Assembly (NCBI GenBank): GCA_013265495.1
Contig: MU058531.1
Coordinates: 984,678-1,048,677, forward strand
DNA length: 64,000 nt
Origin: Vicugna vicugna
Taxonomy: Eukaryota
Direction of reading: 5' to 3'
Made by a program: the position numbers and the translations under genes. The first letter of the stretch is position 1. Each line of letters opens with the position of its first letter. Positions 51,568-64,000 of the stretch are shown here, piece by piece. Under the pieces are notes generated by a model that searched no databases, had not been told where the DNA came from, and saw only the letters and a program-made list of their open reading frames with translations.

Positions 51568-52387
51568 CAGGCATACCTCAAACATTGCGGGTTTGGTTCC
51601 AGACCACCACAATAAAGCAAGACACTCAAATGTTTTCGTTTCCCGGTGCATATTAAAGTTATGCTTACATTGTACTATAGTCCATTAAGTCAAGTAGCTT
51701 TAGGGTCTGAAAAAACAATGTATATACCTTAATTTAAGAATATTTTATGGCTTAAAAATCCTGACCATCGTTTGAGCCTTGAGCAAGTTATAATCTTTTT
51801 TACTGGTGGAGGGTCTTGCCTCAGTGCTAAAGGCTACCTGATGATCAGGATAGTGGTTGCTGAAGGTCAAGTTGGCTGTGGCAGTTTCTTAAAATAAGAT
51901 GATAGGGAGTTTGCTGCATGAATTGACTCTTCCTCTCACTGACGACTTCTCTGTAGCATGCAGTGCTGTGTGATAGCATTTTATCCACCGTAGATCTTCT
52001 TTCAAAGTTGGAGTAAGTCCTATCAGACTCTGCCACTGCTTTATCCATTAAGTTTATGTAATTTTCTAAATCATTTGTTGTCATTTCAACAATAGATTAA
52101 ATTCTGTGTCTTACATGGGTGGAGTTTGTGGAGCCCCAAAACAATTACAGTAGTAACATCAAAGATCAATGCTTACAGATTACCATAACAAATATAGTAA
52201 TAAAAAATGTGAAATATTGGGAGAATTACCAAAATGTGACACAGAGATACAAAGTGAGCAAATGCTGTTGGAAAAATGGTGCCAATAGACTTGCTCAGGA
52301 CAGGGTTGCCACCAACCTTCAATTTGTGAAAAACTCAATGTCAGTGAAGCACAGCAAAGCGAAACATACTGAAACAAGGTATGCCTG
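51568..52387 (-). mobile_element. Internally deleted Tigger1 (Tc1/mariner-pogo) DNA transposon
   Basis: Terminal inverted repeats CAGGCATACCT...AGGTATGCCTG flanked by TA at 51566-67 and 52388-89. Minus-strand frame 51845-52084 resembles the Tigger1/TIGD1 transposase C-terminus ([14 protein letters not shown]...[14 protein letters not shown]). Confidence 0.92.
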
Positions 52388-52523
52388 TAGTCTACATTTC
52401 TTGAGAATGTGGACTAGCCTTTTCTGATCTTCACTATCTCTTATTAGTACCTTTTAGTGAGTACTTTCCACTGGTAAGGAGTAAAATCAATCATTTATTA
52501 TTGTGTGCGTCTTTTGATCACAG

Positions 52524-52598
52524 GGAAAATCAAAACCAATTAAAATTTTAACGAGACTGACGATCATCGTTTCAGATCCATCACACTGCAATGTTTTG
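52524..52598 (+). CDS. RPP30: RPP30 coding exon 4
   Basis: gatcacag acceptor; GKSKPIKILTRLTIIVSDPSHCNVL; donor TTG|GTAAGT; 75 nt. Confidence 0.96.
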
Positions 52599-52799
52599 GT
52601 AAGTTAGTTATTTTCCTTCTTTTTCACCTTGTAAGTTTCACTGATTAATGTTGAACAATGTTGTTTTTCACCTCACCCCATTCTGACATTTCCCCCTACT
52701 TCCAGTGCATGACAATTGACTGCTCTCCTTAGTTCAAAATTCACCTAGTATAAAGGAATCTCTTTACTCATGGCACATGTATAAGGATGCCACAATTAA

Positions 52800-53900
52800 A
52801 GAATCTTTTGGCAGCTGTTATTCATTGAACTTAAATGAACCAGACATAGGTGGATGCTGGAGATATTACTCTTCTAAATAATACAGACACAATCCTTTTA
52901 AAAATGGGAGGAATGTTATAAAAGTAGGAGGTAGTAAATTCTGTCCTGGGAGTGTATAACAGGGGGCCAACTTGAGAAAGTTGATATTCAAACTGGGGCC
53001 AGAAGAATCAGTAAGTGTTATGGGTGCCACATAGGAGAGAGAATGTTCCCACAAACAGGGTGGATTATGCAAGGTCCTGAATCCAAGAAGAACACGGTGC
53101 CTTCTGGGAAATGAAGTACCAGTTGAGTTGAGCCTGGTGGGCTGTCTGACATGAGATGAGGTTAGGGAGGTAGGTCTTGGTGATCAGTTAGAAGCCCTTG
53201 AAGGTTTTAACCAAGGGAGTACAATTATGAGATTTGCATTATAGAAAACTGATCAGAGCAGATAAAGGAGGGGATTAGAGAGGCATTGAGGTTGGGTGGG
53301 AAGGGTGACAGTATTTAATGTTGATTAGATACAGGGTGATGACTCCCTGCCTTTGCCTGAGCAACCAGGTAGGTAGATGGTACCATTTCCTGAGATGGGC
53401 ATAGAAAGAGAAGTTTGAGAGCATCATGTTTTGGACAGATGGGTTGTTGTGAGAGTTCCATTGGAGATTGTCAAATGGGCGGTTGGAAAAAAAAAAAGGG
53501 TAGTGTCTTCAGAAGAGGGACTCCAATTAAAAATACTGATTTGGAAGTAGTCACCCTGTAGAGAGTGATTGAAATCACGAGAATGGATAAGACTCCCTGA
53601 TCAAAGTGCAGTGCTGGAAGACAAGGTCTAGGACAGAGTCCTGAGGCACTTCGGCATTGAATAGTGAAGTAGAGGATGAAGAGGGACTCTGAGGAGTAGG
53701 AGGACAACCAGGAAAGTGAGAAGGTCAGCAGCATCAGCGTGCCCACGTAGTCAAGTAGGAGAAGAAGGGCTGAAAAATGTCTTGGACAGGCAAGTCCCCT
53801 ATGGACGAGGAAGTCATTGGTTGCCTTTGCAAAAACCATTTCCGTGGAAGTGATAGGAAATGAGAAAATGCAGACTGTGTGTGCTGCTGACTTTGCTTGA
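52800..53900. mobile_element. L2 LINE fragment (other L2 pieces at ~23120-23790 and ~43355-43850)
   Basis: Purine-rich L2 relic (gaaggttttaaccaagggag, gatggtaccatttcctgagatggg, gaagtcattggttgcctttgcaaaaaccatttc). Boundaries approximate. Confidence 0.65.
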
Positions 53901-54489
53901 GAAATTTAAATCCCTAAGAGGACAGAAGGCATCAGGAGGCTGGCAGCTGAGAACCTGCTGTCAACTTTTTTTTGTTAGGTGGCAGACCTGAGAATGTCTG
54001 GTGCTGATGGGAGGTATCCAGTGAGGGAGAGAGAAAGTGAGACAGATCCCTGAGAAGGTGAGCTGCTCTATCGTTAGCTGGAATGGCCTTCTCTCTCATG
54101 GAGCAGGAGGAATCAAGGAGGGACTAGCCTCCTTTCCAACAGTTAGCCTTGCTAACGAAATTGTGGAAAGCCAAATCTGGGGATATTATACAATCACGGG
54201 CAGCATTCTGGTTCTCGAAGCCCTGGAAGGCATACATGAAGCTGACTTTTGATGGTCACAAAGACTTTCATTGTCTCTGGTTATCATAAACATCCTGGTG
54301 GCCCCTTTTTGTCCCTTTCACAAGTGGTAACATGTAAGCAGAGGCAGAGAGTCCTGGATCCATAACTTTTTCTGAGACCTGAGCCTACCCTGTCTCAGCA
54401 CACGCTTGCCTGGCCGGTTTTCCTTCCTGTTTAAGCACAGTACCTGCTGCTTCTCTTCAACCCTTTTCTTTCCTCCTCTAATTTAAAAC

Positions 54490-54660
54490 AATTTTTTTCT
54501 TATTTTTTGGGGGGGAGAGGATAATTAGGTTTTTTTTAATTTTTTGACTTTTTTTGGTTTTGTTTTTAATTTTTTTTAATAAATAGAGGTACTGGGGATC
54601 GAACCCAGGACCTTATGCATGCTAAGCATGCACTCTACCATTAAGCTATATACCCTCCCC
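54490..54660 (-). mobile_element. tRNA-Ala-derived SINE (camelid Vic-1-like)
   Basis: Reverse complement of the same head as 5717-5846, including the AAACCTAATTA-C-run tail. Confidence 0.85.
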
Positions 54661-55406
54661 TCTCCTCACGTCTTTTCTTTTTACAAAACAAGAGATTAAA
54701 AAAAATGTAAAAGGTGCCAATCAGCAAAGAAGAAATACCCCATATCATCTCATCATTCAGAGATTGTATATTTGAATATCTGTTTTTCCAGCCTTTTTAC
54801 ATGTACACACATAAAGTGTAAGTTGGAGATTTTCTTTTTTAAACAATAACTTTTTCTCTCTGAGATATTCCTCTCCTGTCTTAGGACTCCTGGGTATTTT
54901 CTTGCACATCTAGCAGTTTAATTTGTTCTTAACAGTATTCTCATTGTGAACCTAATCACATCACACTCAGTCATATGTATTTCTTGTCTCACAAGAAAAT
55001 AAAAAATGGTAAGTTCCATTGAGAGCAGACATAGGCCTTAAATGATTTTTGTGTCCCCAGTGCCCTACCCATAGCAGGTGCTCAGTAAATTTCTGGCAAG
55101 CCCCTCCAGTAGCTTATAAGAGCAAGAGCTATCTACTTTGATTTTTGTATCTCAAGCAAAATGCACAGTGGAAGCAGAACAACGTGGAAGGGAAGGAAGG
55201 GAGATAATTGGTGGGATGGATGTTGGAATCTAAGTTCGTGTGTGTTTAAAAGGTCTTTTCTGTCAGCCTACAAAGCAAAGCAGACGTGTCAGTAGCGTAT
55301 TAGAAGTGTTACACCATTGAAATATAAGTGCCGCCAGGCCAGGAGTCAGCATTCCATGTGCATTTTTGGTTGTTGTTATATGGTAACATTCTTTTTATAT
55401 TCCTAG

Positions 55407-55478
55407 AGAGCAACTTCTTCAAGGGTCCGGCTGTATGATATTGTTGCAGTTTTTCCAAAGACAGAAAAACTTTTTCAT
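55407..55478 (+). CDS. RPP30: RPP30 coding exon 5
   Basis: attcctag acceptor; RATSSRVRLYDIVAVFPKTEKLFH; donor CAT|GTAAGT; 72 nt. Confidence 0.96.
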
Positions 55479-58400
55479 GTAAGTAACAGATAGTAAAAAA
55501 GAAAAAAAAATAATACCACTGTTTTATGTAAGAAGTCTGATGTTATGCCTTTGTTGTTGACCTGTTTCACCTCATATGGAAAATTTTAGGACTTTTCATT
55601 TATACTTGGAGTTCTGGAATTTCATAAGCGTATATTTGGGTGGCATGTGTTTTTATTTTGTTTTGTTTTATTCATGCTGCTAGATACATGATGGGTTGAG
55701 ATTAAGAGAGGAAGTTTTCTTCTGTTTCTTTATCTCTGCTTCATTCATTCATTTGAAACTTCTCTTAGGTAAACGTTGGTCCATCTCTTTCTAGCTCTAC
55801 GATTAGCACCTCAGTGGGAAAAAAGGTTCTCCTGTGGCGTAAAAGATCCCTTCTGGGTTTTAGCTTTCTCCTTTGTGTGCTGAAGCGGTCCATATGCCAG
55901 CATGGTGCTGTCTTCTAGAAATCCTTCAGAATCATACATCTGTGGATGCCATTTCTTTTTGTATTCTGAGAACCTTTATGAATTTAATTTCTTTTGACTT
56001 TTCAAATGGCCTTTTCTGTAACTTTTCAGGAGGGAAAGTTGTTTAACATCTGTGCTAATTTTGTCAGTTTGAGTCAGAACACACTGGGCATTTTAAATGA
56101 TGACAGACAAGAAAAAAATCAATATAGTTTTTCAGGAATATATTTTGCTGTATAAAATGAGGTGGAGCCAGTTTTAGAAAGTTGAGAATGTTGTCTTTAT
56201 CGAGGTTCAAAAAAGTAGTCATCTACCAAAAATATATCCACCAAAGGGATTTTGTAGGGTGAAAAAAAGAACCAGTCTTTGATGTTTTAATTTTCAGCGT
56301 AATTCATTTTTAAGCAAAATCTGTTCTAAAATTATAGGAAGATTTTCCCTAAGTTTATCCAGTAGATGGAGCTATTGACTAAAAAGACTGGTGTGTGTTA
56401 AATTTCATTTTCAAGGCATACTAACAATTCTTAATCATATATATTAATGCAGGGAAACAGCACAAATTATCTGTGAATTCTCCTTTTTTGGTGACTCCCT
56501 TTATAAAGTGCTCAGCTATAGTAACTCTCAAGAATTTTGTTTCAGAAAAAAAAAAATGAGTGGGATTAAGTGGTTCTTAGTCACCAGAGACCCCTGTGGA
56601 ACCTTTTAAAATCAGTCCCATTCAGATCTCCACCACTGGAGATTCTGATCTGGCAGGTTTGGGATTGAGTTTGGGTTTCTGTTTTTTCAGATTCCACAAG
56701 GGATTCTGATTAAGTGCTGAAAACCTAAGGAAGATCATGGACGTGTCCAAATTTGTTTAACAGCAACTTAGTTTTGTTGTTAAATAGATCTCAGTTGTAA
56801 CATAGACTGAAAGTCGGTAATGTATCAAATTTTCTATCATACACTTGTTTTCTGGATTGATTTTGAAGCGCTTACAACTTACATTTCCATAGTCATTTAC
56901 TGGTGATTAGAGAAACAAATAAAACACTTACAAAGTAAGATTATGGCCAGAAAGCATACGTTTATATAACCTTCCAAAAGGCTTCTACGTATTTATTACT
57001 TCTGACACAGCATTCCTGGGAATAATCAGGACAGATGCTTATTACGATCCCCATTTTGAAGAAGAGAAAATTGAGACTTAGACTCGATGATTTGCTCTAA
57101 GTCTCAGGTAATATGTCATAGAGCTAGGACTTCTGCATTTTAGAATACATTATAGTTTGACTTAGCAAATTTATCTTACTCATTTATCTTATTACCTGTT
57201 TTTCTCAGATTATCCCAAAGTTTTAATTCAAAAGCATGGACACATACTTGATGGCATGTGGAACAGTTAGAAATATTCTGAAAGATGGAAGAAAGCCATA
57301 AATAATTGACAGTATTTGTTTGGAATTGACTGTACAGATACACACAAAAAGCTACATGAAAATAGTTTCTAAAATCAGAGCATCTTATCTGTCCAGATTT
57401 TACCCATTCTTTAGGACTCAGTTGAAGTTGGCACTCTCTCTGTTTTCTATAGAAAATCAATTTAAAAAGACATCTTTCTTTTAATCATAAAGCTTTTGAA
57501 AGCATGTTATGGTTTGGAATTGGGTCAAATGCCAACAGTCTGTTGTTTAACAGGTCATATTCTGTAAGTGATTTTGTTTGTTTGGTCTGTAAACAGGAAG
57601 TGTCCCTATGATATGGTATTCTGAAATGAAGTTAGGTCTCTAAAATGAGTCATAAACGTGTTCTTACACACGTTAGTACTTAGTATAAAACCTAACCACC
57701 TTAAGTAGCATTGTTTCCATGGGAAGTAACATACTGTTTTTAATCGGAGTACCTGAAAGGTATCTCGTGGTAAACGCTTCCTCTCCATGGTTACCCCAGG
57801 GGATAAGGCAAAGATGAAAGATTGTAAGCAGAGTCCAGGCCAGGGCTTCTTAGGAGGACGAGGGTGGCAGAGGACTGTGGGCAGGAAGAGTTGCAGAAAT
57901 GTTTCAGGAGCTTCCAGTTTCGTTGTTCCCATTTAGGATTTAAAGCGACTGGAGAGGGTGAGGAGAATTCAAGGTTATTCAGTCCAGTGGTCGTCAAATT
58001 ACTTTGAGTATGTACACTATCGATATAAAAAAATACTGAGCCTGCATCCCCAATGCATGTGTGTTTATTTTCTTTTAAATTATTTGCACGTTCCATTATA
58101 CCATTGTGCTTTATGAAATTATATACACACAGAAAACAAAACAAAATGTAAGTCAGTGAAATGAAAACGGAAGTTCCATTTTCCTTCTGCTTCCAAAGTC
58201 CACGGCTTCCCCTTTGCAGAGCACTGTTGTAGTGGAGCCACCAACGTGTGGGCATAGCTTTCAAAGCAGTGCTTCTCAAGGTGTGGTCTGGCTCCAAGCA
58301 CCAGAATGGCCCGGGAAATTTGTTAAAGTGCAGGTTATTAGACCCTGCTTACTGAATTTCATATTATTACTGGGAGTGGGGCCTGATAATCTCCATTTTA

Positions 58401-61172
58401 AGTAAATTCTTTAGGGGAGGGTTTTTGGTTTTTTTCTTAATGCGCTTTAGGTCGAGAGGCACCGTTGCTGGGCACCTCTCTTTGCCCTGGGCAGTCCCAG
58501 CTCTGCCTTGTATGCTGTTTGTCATAGAATACCAAGATGTATCAACGTGACATCCATGAAAGGGAATTGGGGGAGACTGAACTCCTACACTCCTGTTCCC
58601 CTTGTTCCATAAAGTCAAAGATAAATGCATGTGGGTATATGTGCGCTTTTAGGACTCTGCGTTCCTTAGATCCTCATGGGAGTCCTTGGCCAAAAAAAGG
58701 AAAAGTTTAAGAACAGTTGATATGAATTCATACACAACCTGTAAAAACCACTGTAACAATATGCTTAGCCACAAATATTCTTTGGACATAATTTAATCTT
58801 TTTTAATGATTTAGAAAGCATTTCATCGTAACGTGAACGTTAACTTGTTTTGTAGTTATCTGAATTTATTAATTGAACATTTGAATTAATAGAAAGCTAA
58901 ATAATAAAATAATTTGATTTGGGCCATTCTAAGTTACTGGTAGCAGAGGGAGCCAAGTGGAGCTGTCCTTTGTCACTGAAAGCTTCTTACAATGCATGTA
59001 CTTAAACCCACACAGTGGGTATTTTTTAATTAACCACTGTTATATAGAAAAGGGAAGAAAGGAGCAATACATAAGTAAAAAACCTAATTTAACTTTACTC
59101 TGGGGAAGAATGCTTCATAGGTGTTTGAGAAATGAATCAGCTTTTTAAAATTAAGAATCATTTATGTTTGTAATAATAAAGTCAAACAGTGCAAAGAGGT
59201 ATGCACTGAAAAGTACGCCTTCCTCCCACCTAAAACGCCCTCTTCTTTTCTCCAGAGGCAACCACTGCCAGCAGTTCTTGTGTGTCTTTTCAGAAGTATT
59301 ATTTACCTGGTCTATCCTTCCTTCCTTCCCTTCTCCCTCTCTCCTTCCTTGCTCCCTACCACCATGCTTTTGTCACCTAACAGTGTATCTTGGAGATGGT
59401 TCTATAATATCCATCAGAGAAGAACCTCATTCTGATTAAGGAGTCAGCATATTCCATCATATAAAGGGGCCATCCTTTTTTTAAGTAAAATTGAGGGATG
59501 TTTAATTGTGTCTGTTCTTCTGTGATTGGTGTTGCAGTGGCTGTCGTTACACTAATAACCCCAAACATATGCAGGGTATATAGCTGTAGAAGATATTTCT
59601 AGTCTCTATAGGATACCTTTCTAGTGATGAGATTTGCTGATGTGTACATGTGTATTTTTGATACCTATTGCTGAAATGCTTTTCAAGACTCTGGACTGAT
59701 GTAAAGACCCAGTGAAGCCCTGTTCATTCTTGTGTCAGCTGCTTATTCCTGAACTTTTTGCTTTTTGCCATTCTGATAGTTTTAGGAAGGCAAACAGGAG
59801 CTGAACCTGTTTTCTGTTTTATCTGCTACTCAGAGCTTTCCTTGGCCTATTCTTATCAAATTTTCGATGACTCTTTTATGAGTTGGGCAGCTGTAGCTGT
59901 TGAGATGGGGCAGATCATTTAGGAGCCAAGTGTTTCTGCCAAAACAGCGTTAATTCCCAGGCTTACTCAGTTCTCTGAGTGTCTTAAAACCAGGCAGCCT
60001 CTGATCACTACCTGCTTCTTAGAGCCCTGGGGTGGGGGTGGGAATGATTGATGTGGGGATTCTGAGGAAAAGGGACAAGATGCGACATTCCTGTCATTGC
60101 TAAACGAGGATCCGCTCCTCCGGGGCATTGTCATCCTCTCTTGACCCATCTTCCTTGCTCTGCCCTTTCCCTTGGTCTTGCCACTGACATTGGTTTGCCA
60201 GCATAGCCACCCTGGCAGCTTGAATTTGTTCATCAAGCCTATAGACACCAGCACGGGCAGCAAGTCTCATTTCTATTATGGTATAAAACAGCCAGTTCTT
60301 TTTATCGCTGTAAATCAAATAATGGCAAATTGAGAGCCAGATACGCATCTTTAGTACCGTCTTTTGGCCTGCACTTCTGTGCAAGTCACCTTTCCCAGGC
60401 TTTATTTTCCTTCCATGATCTTCCTTTACCCTGATTTCCTTATCTGTTCCTTTTATCTTGCAGGTATTTTTTTGTAAGCAGTTTCAAATTTCTTTTGAAA
60501 GTAAATGCAGAGTATCATCAACAAGTAATAGCAAAAATGAGGACAAAGGAAAGGGAAATGAAAAGTTGAAAAAAATGCATTCAGTGTCCTTTGATTTATA
60601 ACAGCTTTGTTTTGACCATTTATGGGGACACTTTGTTTCTATTAGCATTTGAACAAAATGCCATTGGCAGTGCCAGGTGAGTGTTTCTTCACCATTCAGA
60701 CTGATATGAGCCACAGGCCTGGGACAGTTCTTGGCACAGAAATAATTTCCAGAGTAAATGGACTCTGCATACATTCCTTTTGGCTTATTTTTTTTTTCTT
60801 GAATTTCAGAAGAGTTAGTTTCCTTTTTCTGAACAATCTAACGTAACCTTCCAGAAACTGAACCTCTCTTAACAACCTATCGTTATGTAGCCGACCATGA
60901 ATTAGAAGGTTTCTAGACCCTGTCTGTTGACATGGTCTGTAGACATATCCACTGCTTCAGCTGGATTATAGTTAAACCATTCGGACCAAACGTGAAGGAA
61001 TGGCTCACCATTGACTTTGTAAAGGGACAGATGTATTTGAACACAGACCCTTAGAATGCCTGTGGAGTGAGCTGTATCTGTTTACATTTCTTTATAGCTG
61101 GTTTGCCCCCACCCCATTCTTCACTTGTGCCAGTTTTCCTTTTGACTTTACCTGTTCCTTTCTTTTTGACAG

Positions 61173-61262
61173 GTTGCTTGTACACATTTAGATGTAGATT
61201 TAGTCTGCATAACCGTAACAGAGAAACTACCATTTTACTTCAAAAGACCCCCTATTAATGTG
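61173..61262 (+). CDS. RPP30: RPP30 coding exon 6 (gene continues beyond the window)
   Basis: tctttttgacag acceptor; VACTHLDVDLVCITVTEKLPFYFKRPPINV; donor GTG|GTAAGT; 90 nt. No next exon (AIDRG...) seen before 64000. Confidence 0.96.
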
Positions 61263-63857
61263 GTAAGTGTCACATTTTCCATTCTATCTCTAGAACGGTG
61301 CATTAACAAACTGGAAAAGGGGCAGAAGGAGATGCTGTTCTTAGGAAAAACAAAAGCTAGTAGTAAATAGGAGGCAATTTAGAAGAGAGGATTTTATTTG
61401 TGTACACTGACTAAAGGTTGAAAGAAAGCTTGGAAGAAAAAAATACCCAGTAAATTACCTAGATGTGTTTGAAAGGCTTTAGAAACCCAAATTTATGAAG
61501 GCTCTTCCTTAAAAGGATAGCTAATAATGATGGACTCTTATTGTCTGAACGTTGAACATTAAGGAAACAGAGCAGTCAAGAAAGAAGGAGTAGGAAAAAA
61601 TAGGGGGATGGTTCCCAAGTCACCAGCAAACTAGAAATGGGGAGGAGGCTGTAGCAAAGTCGGGAGGAGTGGGGCCTGGAAAGCACTATAGGCGTCGTCT
61701 ATGCAAAATTAAGATTAAAAAAAAAAAAAGATCTGCATTGAAGTGTGCTGCTTCACACAAAAGCCCAGGGTTACTTTTACAGTAACCTAAGAGGGTGACC
61801 ATGCATGCAGCAAATTTTGTGTTCCTTCCTCTGCTGTAGAATTTTTCTCATTACCTTTTTATATGATTTCTCTTGTTTTCCCCTACTCTTTATCTTCCAT
61901 CTGTCACACCTTTTTGTAAGTCTTATTCCTTCATAAAAGTGATGTTATTTCACATCAGTAGCTGTAAGGTTGGCATAGCTGTCAACTATTTGCATTGGCA
62001 GACAGATCCTGGGAGGTGTTGGGATGCTATTTTAGAATAAAGGCTCCCAAAGCTGTCTCCCATTCTCAGCAACTGCAACTGAAGGAGAAAGAGGGTTTAA
62101 CAGACAGTCTAGATAATGTACCCAATCCTTTCAGAATTGGAAAATTTAAAATTTATGTTCTTTTTAAAGATAGGTAACTCCCCCCATTCTTTTGTCTCTG
62201 TAAAATCACAGTTTCTTTACTTTTTGTTTCCCTGTCTCTGCTGCTAAGGAATTAGCTTGATGCTGAGAATAGGGAGAGACAGTGAGAGGAGAAAATTGAT
62301 CTACGTCATGTGGAAAAATTGAATCCAGTGCAGGAAAATTTAAGATGGCTTATGTTTTACCCCTAAATATATGCTACAAAACCTGTATTTGAAAAGTACT
62401 CAAAATTTTTAAGTCATATACCTAAAAGGAAAACTATAAAATAGCTCTTTTCTGATAAATATTAAGAGTACTACTGAACATGTAACAGTATTGGTTAAGC
62501 TCAAATCACAGTTTCCCCACGTCCTTGCCAGTACATATAAAAAGTAAACACCAAAAAACAAACAACTCTGAGTCATCACATTATAGAATTGAAGATCTCT
62601 GTTGTTTGACAGCTCGTTTGTCACATGTGGTAAGATGAAGGTGGGCAGGGAGACACAGGATTGGGATGTCCTGGGTGATTCCCCATCAGATGAGCCCCAG
62701 CTGCCATGATACAAGTTTCAAACTAATCCGGTACCCAAGGCGGTGGCGGTCTTGTTGGAACAATGTGTTCCTTCCCAGAGGCAGCAGTTTCTGTCTCTAG
62801 GAGTTTGCCAAGGCTTTTCACCAGCTTCCAACTACCAGTCCAGTTTCCAGGTGAACGGCACCCCCCTAAAGTTAGGCATTGCAGCTGCTCTGCAAGTTGC
62901 TATTAAACTTACAAATTTTTTAACCTTTCTCTTCACCTTAATGAACTAGGAAGGCCATTTTCTAAATGGCTTTCCATGAGTAAACCCACATACGATACCG
63001 TGTCCTTGGTTGGGAGGAGATAGTGGCAGGTGAAGCTAAGCGAAGTCTAGGGAACAGACAATACACAGCACATAATTACCCGTGCCTCACGACAAGGGGA
63101 AGCTTCCCGGTGGCTGTTTTGGTGACGCCTTTCAGTTGGTTTCTTATGAACATGCCTTGCTGTTTAACCCAGAGGGTGAGCTTCTAGAGAGCACTGGGTG
63201 TGTCATGGTCCTTTTTAAATTACCCCAGTATCTTGCCTGTAATGGGTCTCCCTAAAATTTGTCAATTGAACAAGTGTCTGTCTAATTTCATATATCAGGG
63301 TACAGCTTGGGGAACACGACCAAATCTTGCGAGTTGAGTCTTTAGCTGGTTGTCAGCGTCGGGCAGGAAACAGCCCCACTGGGGGAGGAGGGGCACTGGG
63401 GCGGCAGCACAAGGGCACCCTACCTTCCCATCCCCTCTGTAAGTTCAGGAAAGTGCTATTTTTTGATATTTTGGCTTAATTCCCACATTTTTTAATTTAA
63501 GAATTCTAAAAAGTAAAAATTTGACAAATGCGAGGGATACACAGTATTTAGCACAGTGTCTGCTTTTTTAAAATCTGGTGTGAACATTTTCCGTATGTTG
63601 TTTAATAGAAACTAGATGATGGAGTGGAGGGAAGGGCTGTGCAGGATTATTTTTAGTCTTCGTCTGATGTAGAAGTAGGCTGCGGTGTGAATTGATCAGG
63701 AAGCAGAAGAGTCCCTGTTAATTTACTCATCTCTTCTTCATTAAGAGAAACTGTAATTAAAAAATGAATTAAAAATTAAATTAAAAGCTAGATACATACA
63801 ATCAAAGGCATCTCACTTGTTTTTCAGAGTAAATAATAGTTGTATAGATATGTGCAT

Positions 63858-63962
63858 ATTATTATTATTATTATTATTATTTGTAAATGGAGGAACTGGG
63901 GATTGAACCCAGGGCCTCATGCATGCCAAGCATGTGCTCTACCACTGAGCTATGACCACCCC
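63858..63962 (-). mobile_element. tRNA-Ala-derived SINE, short variant with (AAT)n tail
   Basis: ggaggaactggggattgaacccagggcctcatgcatgccaagcatgtgctctaccactgagctat, preceded by (att)n. Confidence 0.85.
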
Positions 63963-64000
63963 TTTATATTATTTGTACTTAATAATATCTGTTCTGAGTA

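Noticed and set aside
51845..52084. Transposase-like ORF as a possible domesticated gene
   Set aside because: Only a short decayed C-terminal fragment within an internally deleted Tigger1; no DNA-binding or DDE domain.
24583..57654. Scattered AP-1 sites (ATGACTCAT/ATGAGTCAT at 24583, 28960, 47648 and ~57646)
   Set aside because: The count is compatible with chance for a short motif in 64 kb of AT-rich DNA.
1..64000. CRISPR array, prokaryote-style operon or other novel multi-gene system; remaining short ORFs in the track
   Set aside because: No regularly spaced repeat-spacer structure was seen. The sequence is intron- and repeat-rich mammalian DNA, and the other 60-170 aa ORFs fall in repeats or introns without recognisable homology.

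Overview
Mammalian genomic DNA, most likely a camelid, inferred from three tRNA-Ala-derived SINEs of the Vic-1 type. The window holds two divergently transcribed genes. HTR7 (5-HT7 receptor, minus strand) contributes coding exon 1 at 38076-38620 in a CpG island, and its intron 1 runs off the left edge. RPP30 (RNase P/MRP subunit p30, plus strand) contributes coding exons 1-6 from 49003 to 61262 and continues past the right edge. HTR7 intron 1 carries a full-length LINE-1 (12605-19740) with a 13-bp target-site duplication and intact ORF1 and ORF2, antisense to the host gene. The rest is typical repeat debris (old L1, L2, MIR, MER5A, MER58, Tigger1, MLT1/MLT2, a solo ERV LTR). I found no CRISPR array, RNA gene or clearly new multi-gene system. 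The best leads are all hypotheses: the intact L1 itself (73-codon inter-ORF overlapping the ORF2 start, two in-frame ORF2 deletions, a 59-nt 5'UTR repeat, a strong antisense splice acceptor in frame with HTR7), candidate cryptic exons in RPP30 and HTR7, and uORFs at both genes. Repeat family names are from recognition, not a database search, and boundaries of old repeats are approximate.
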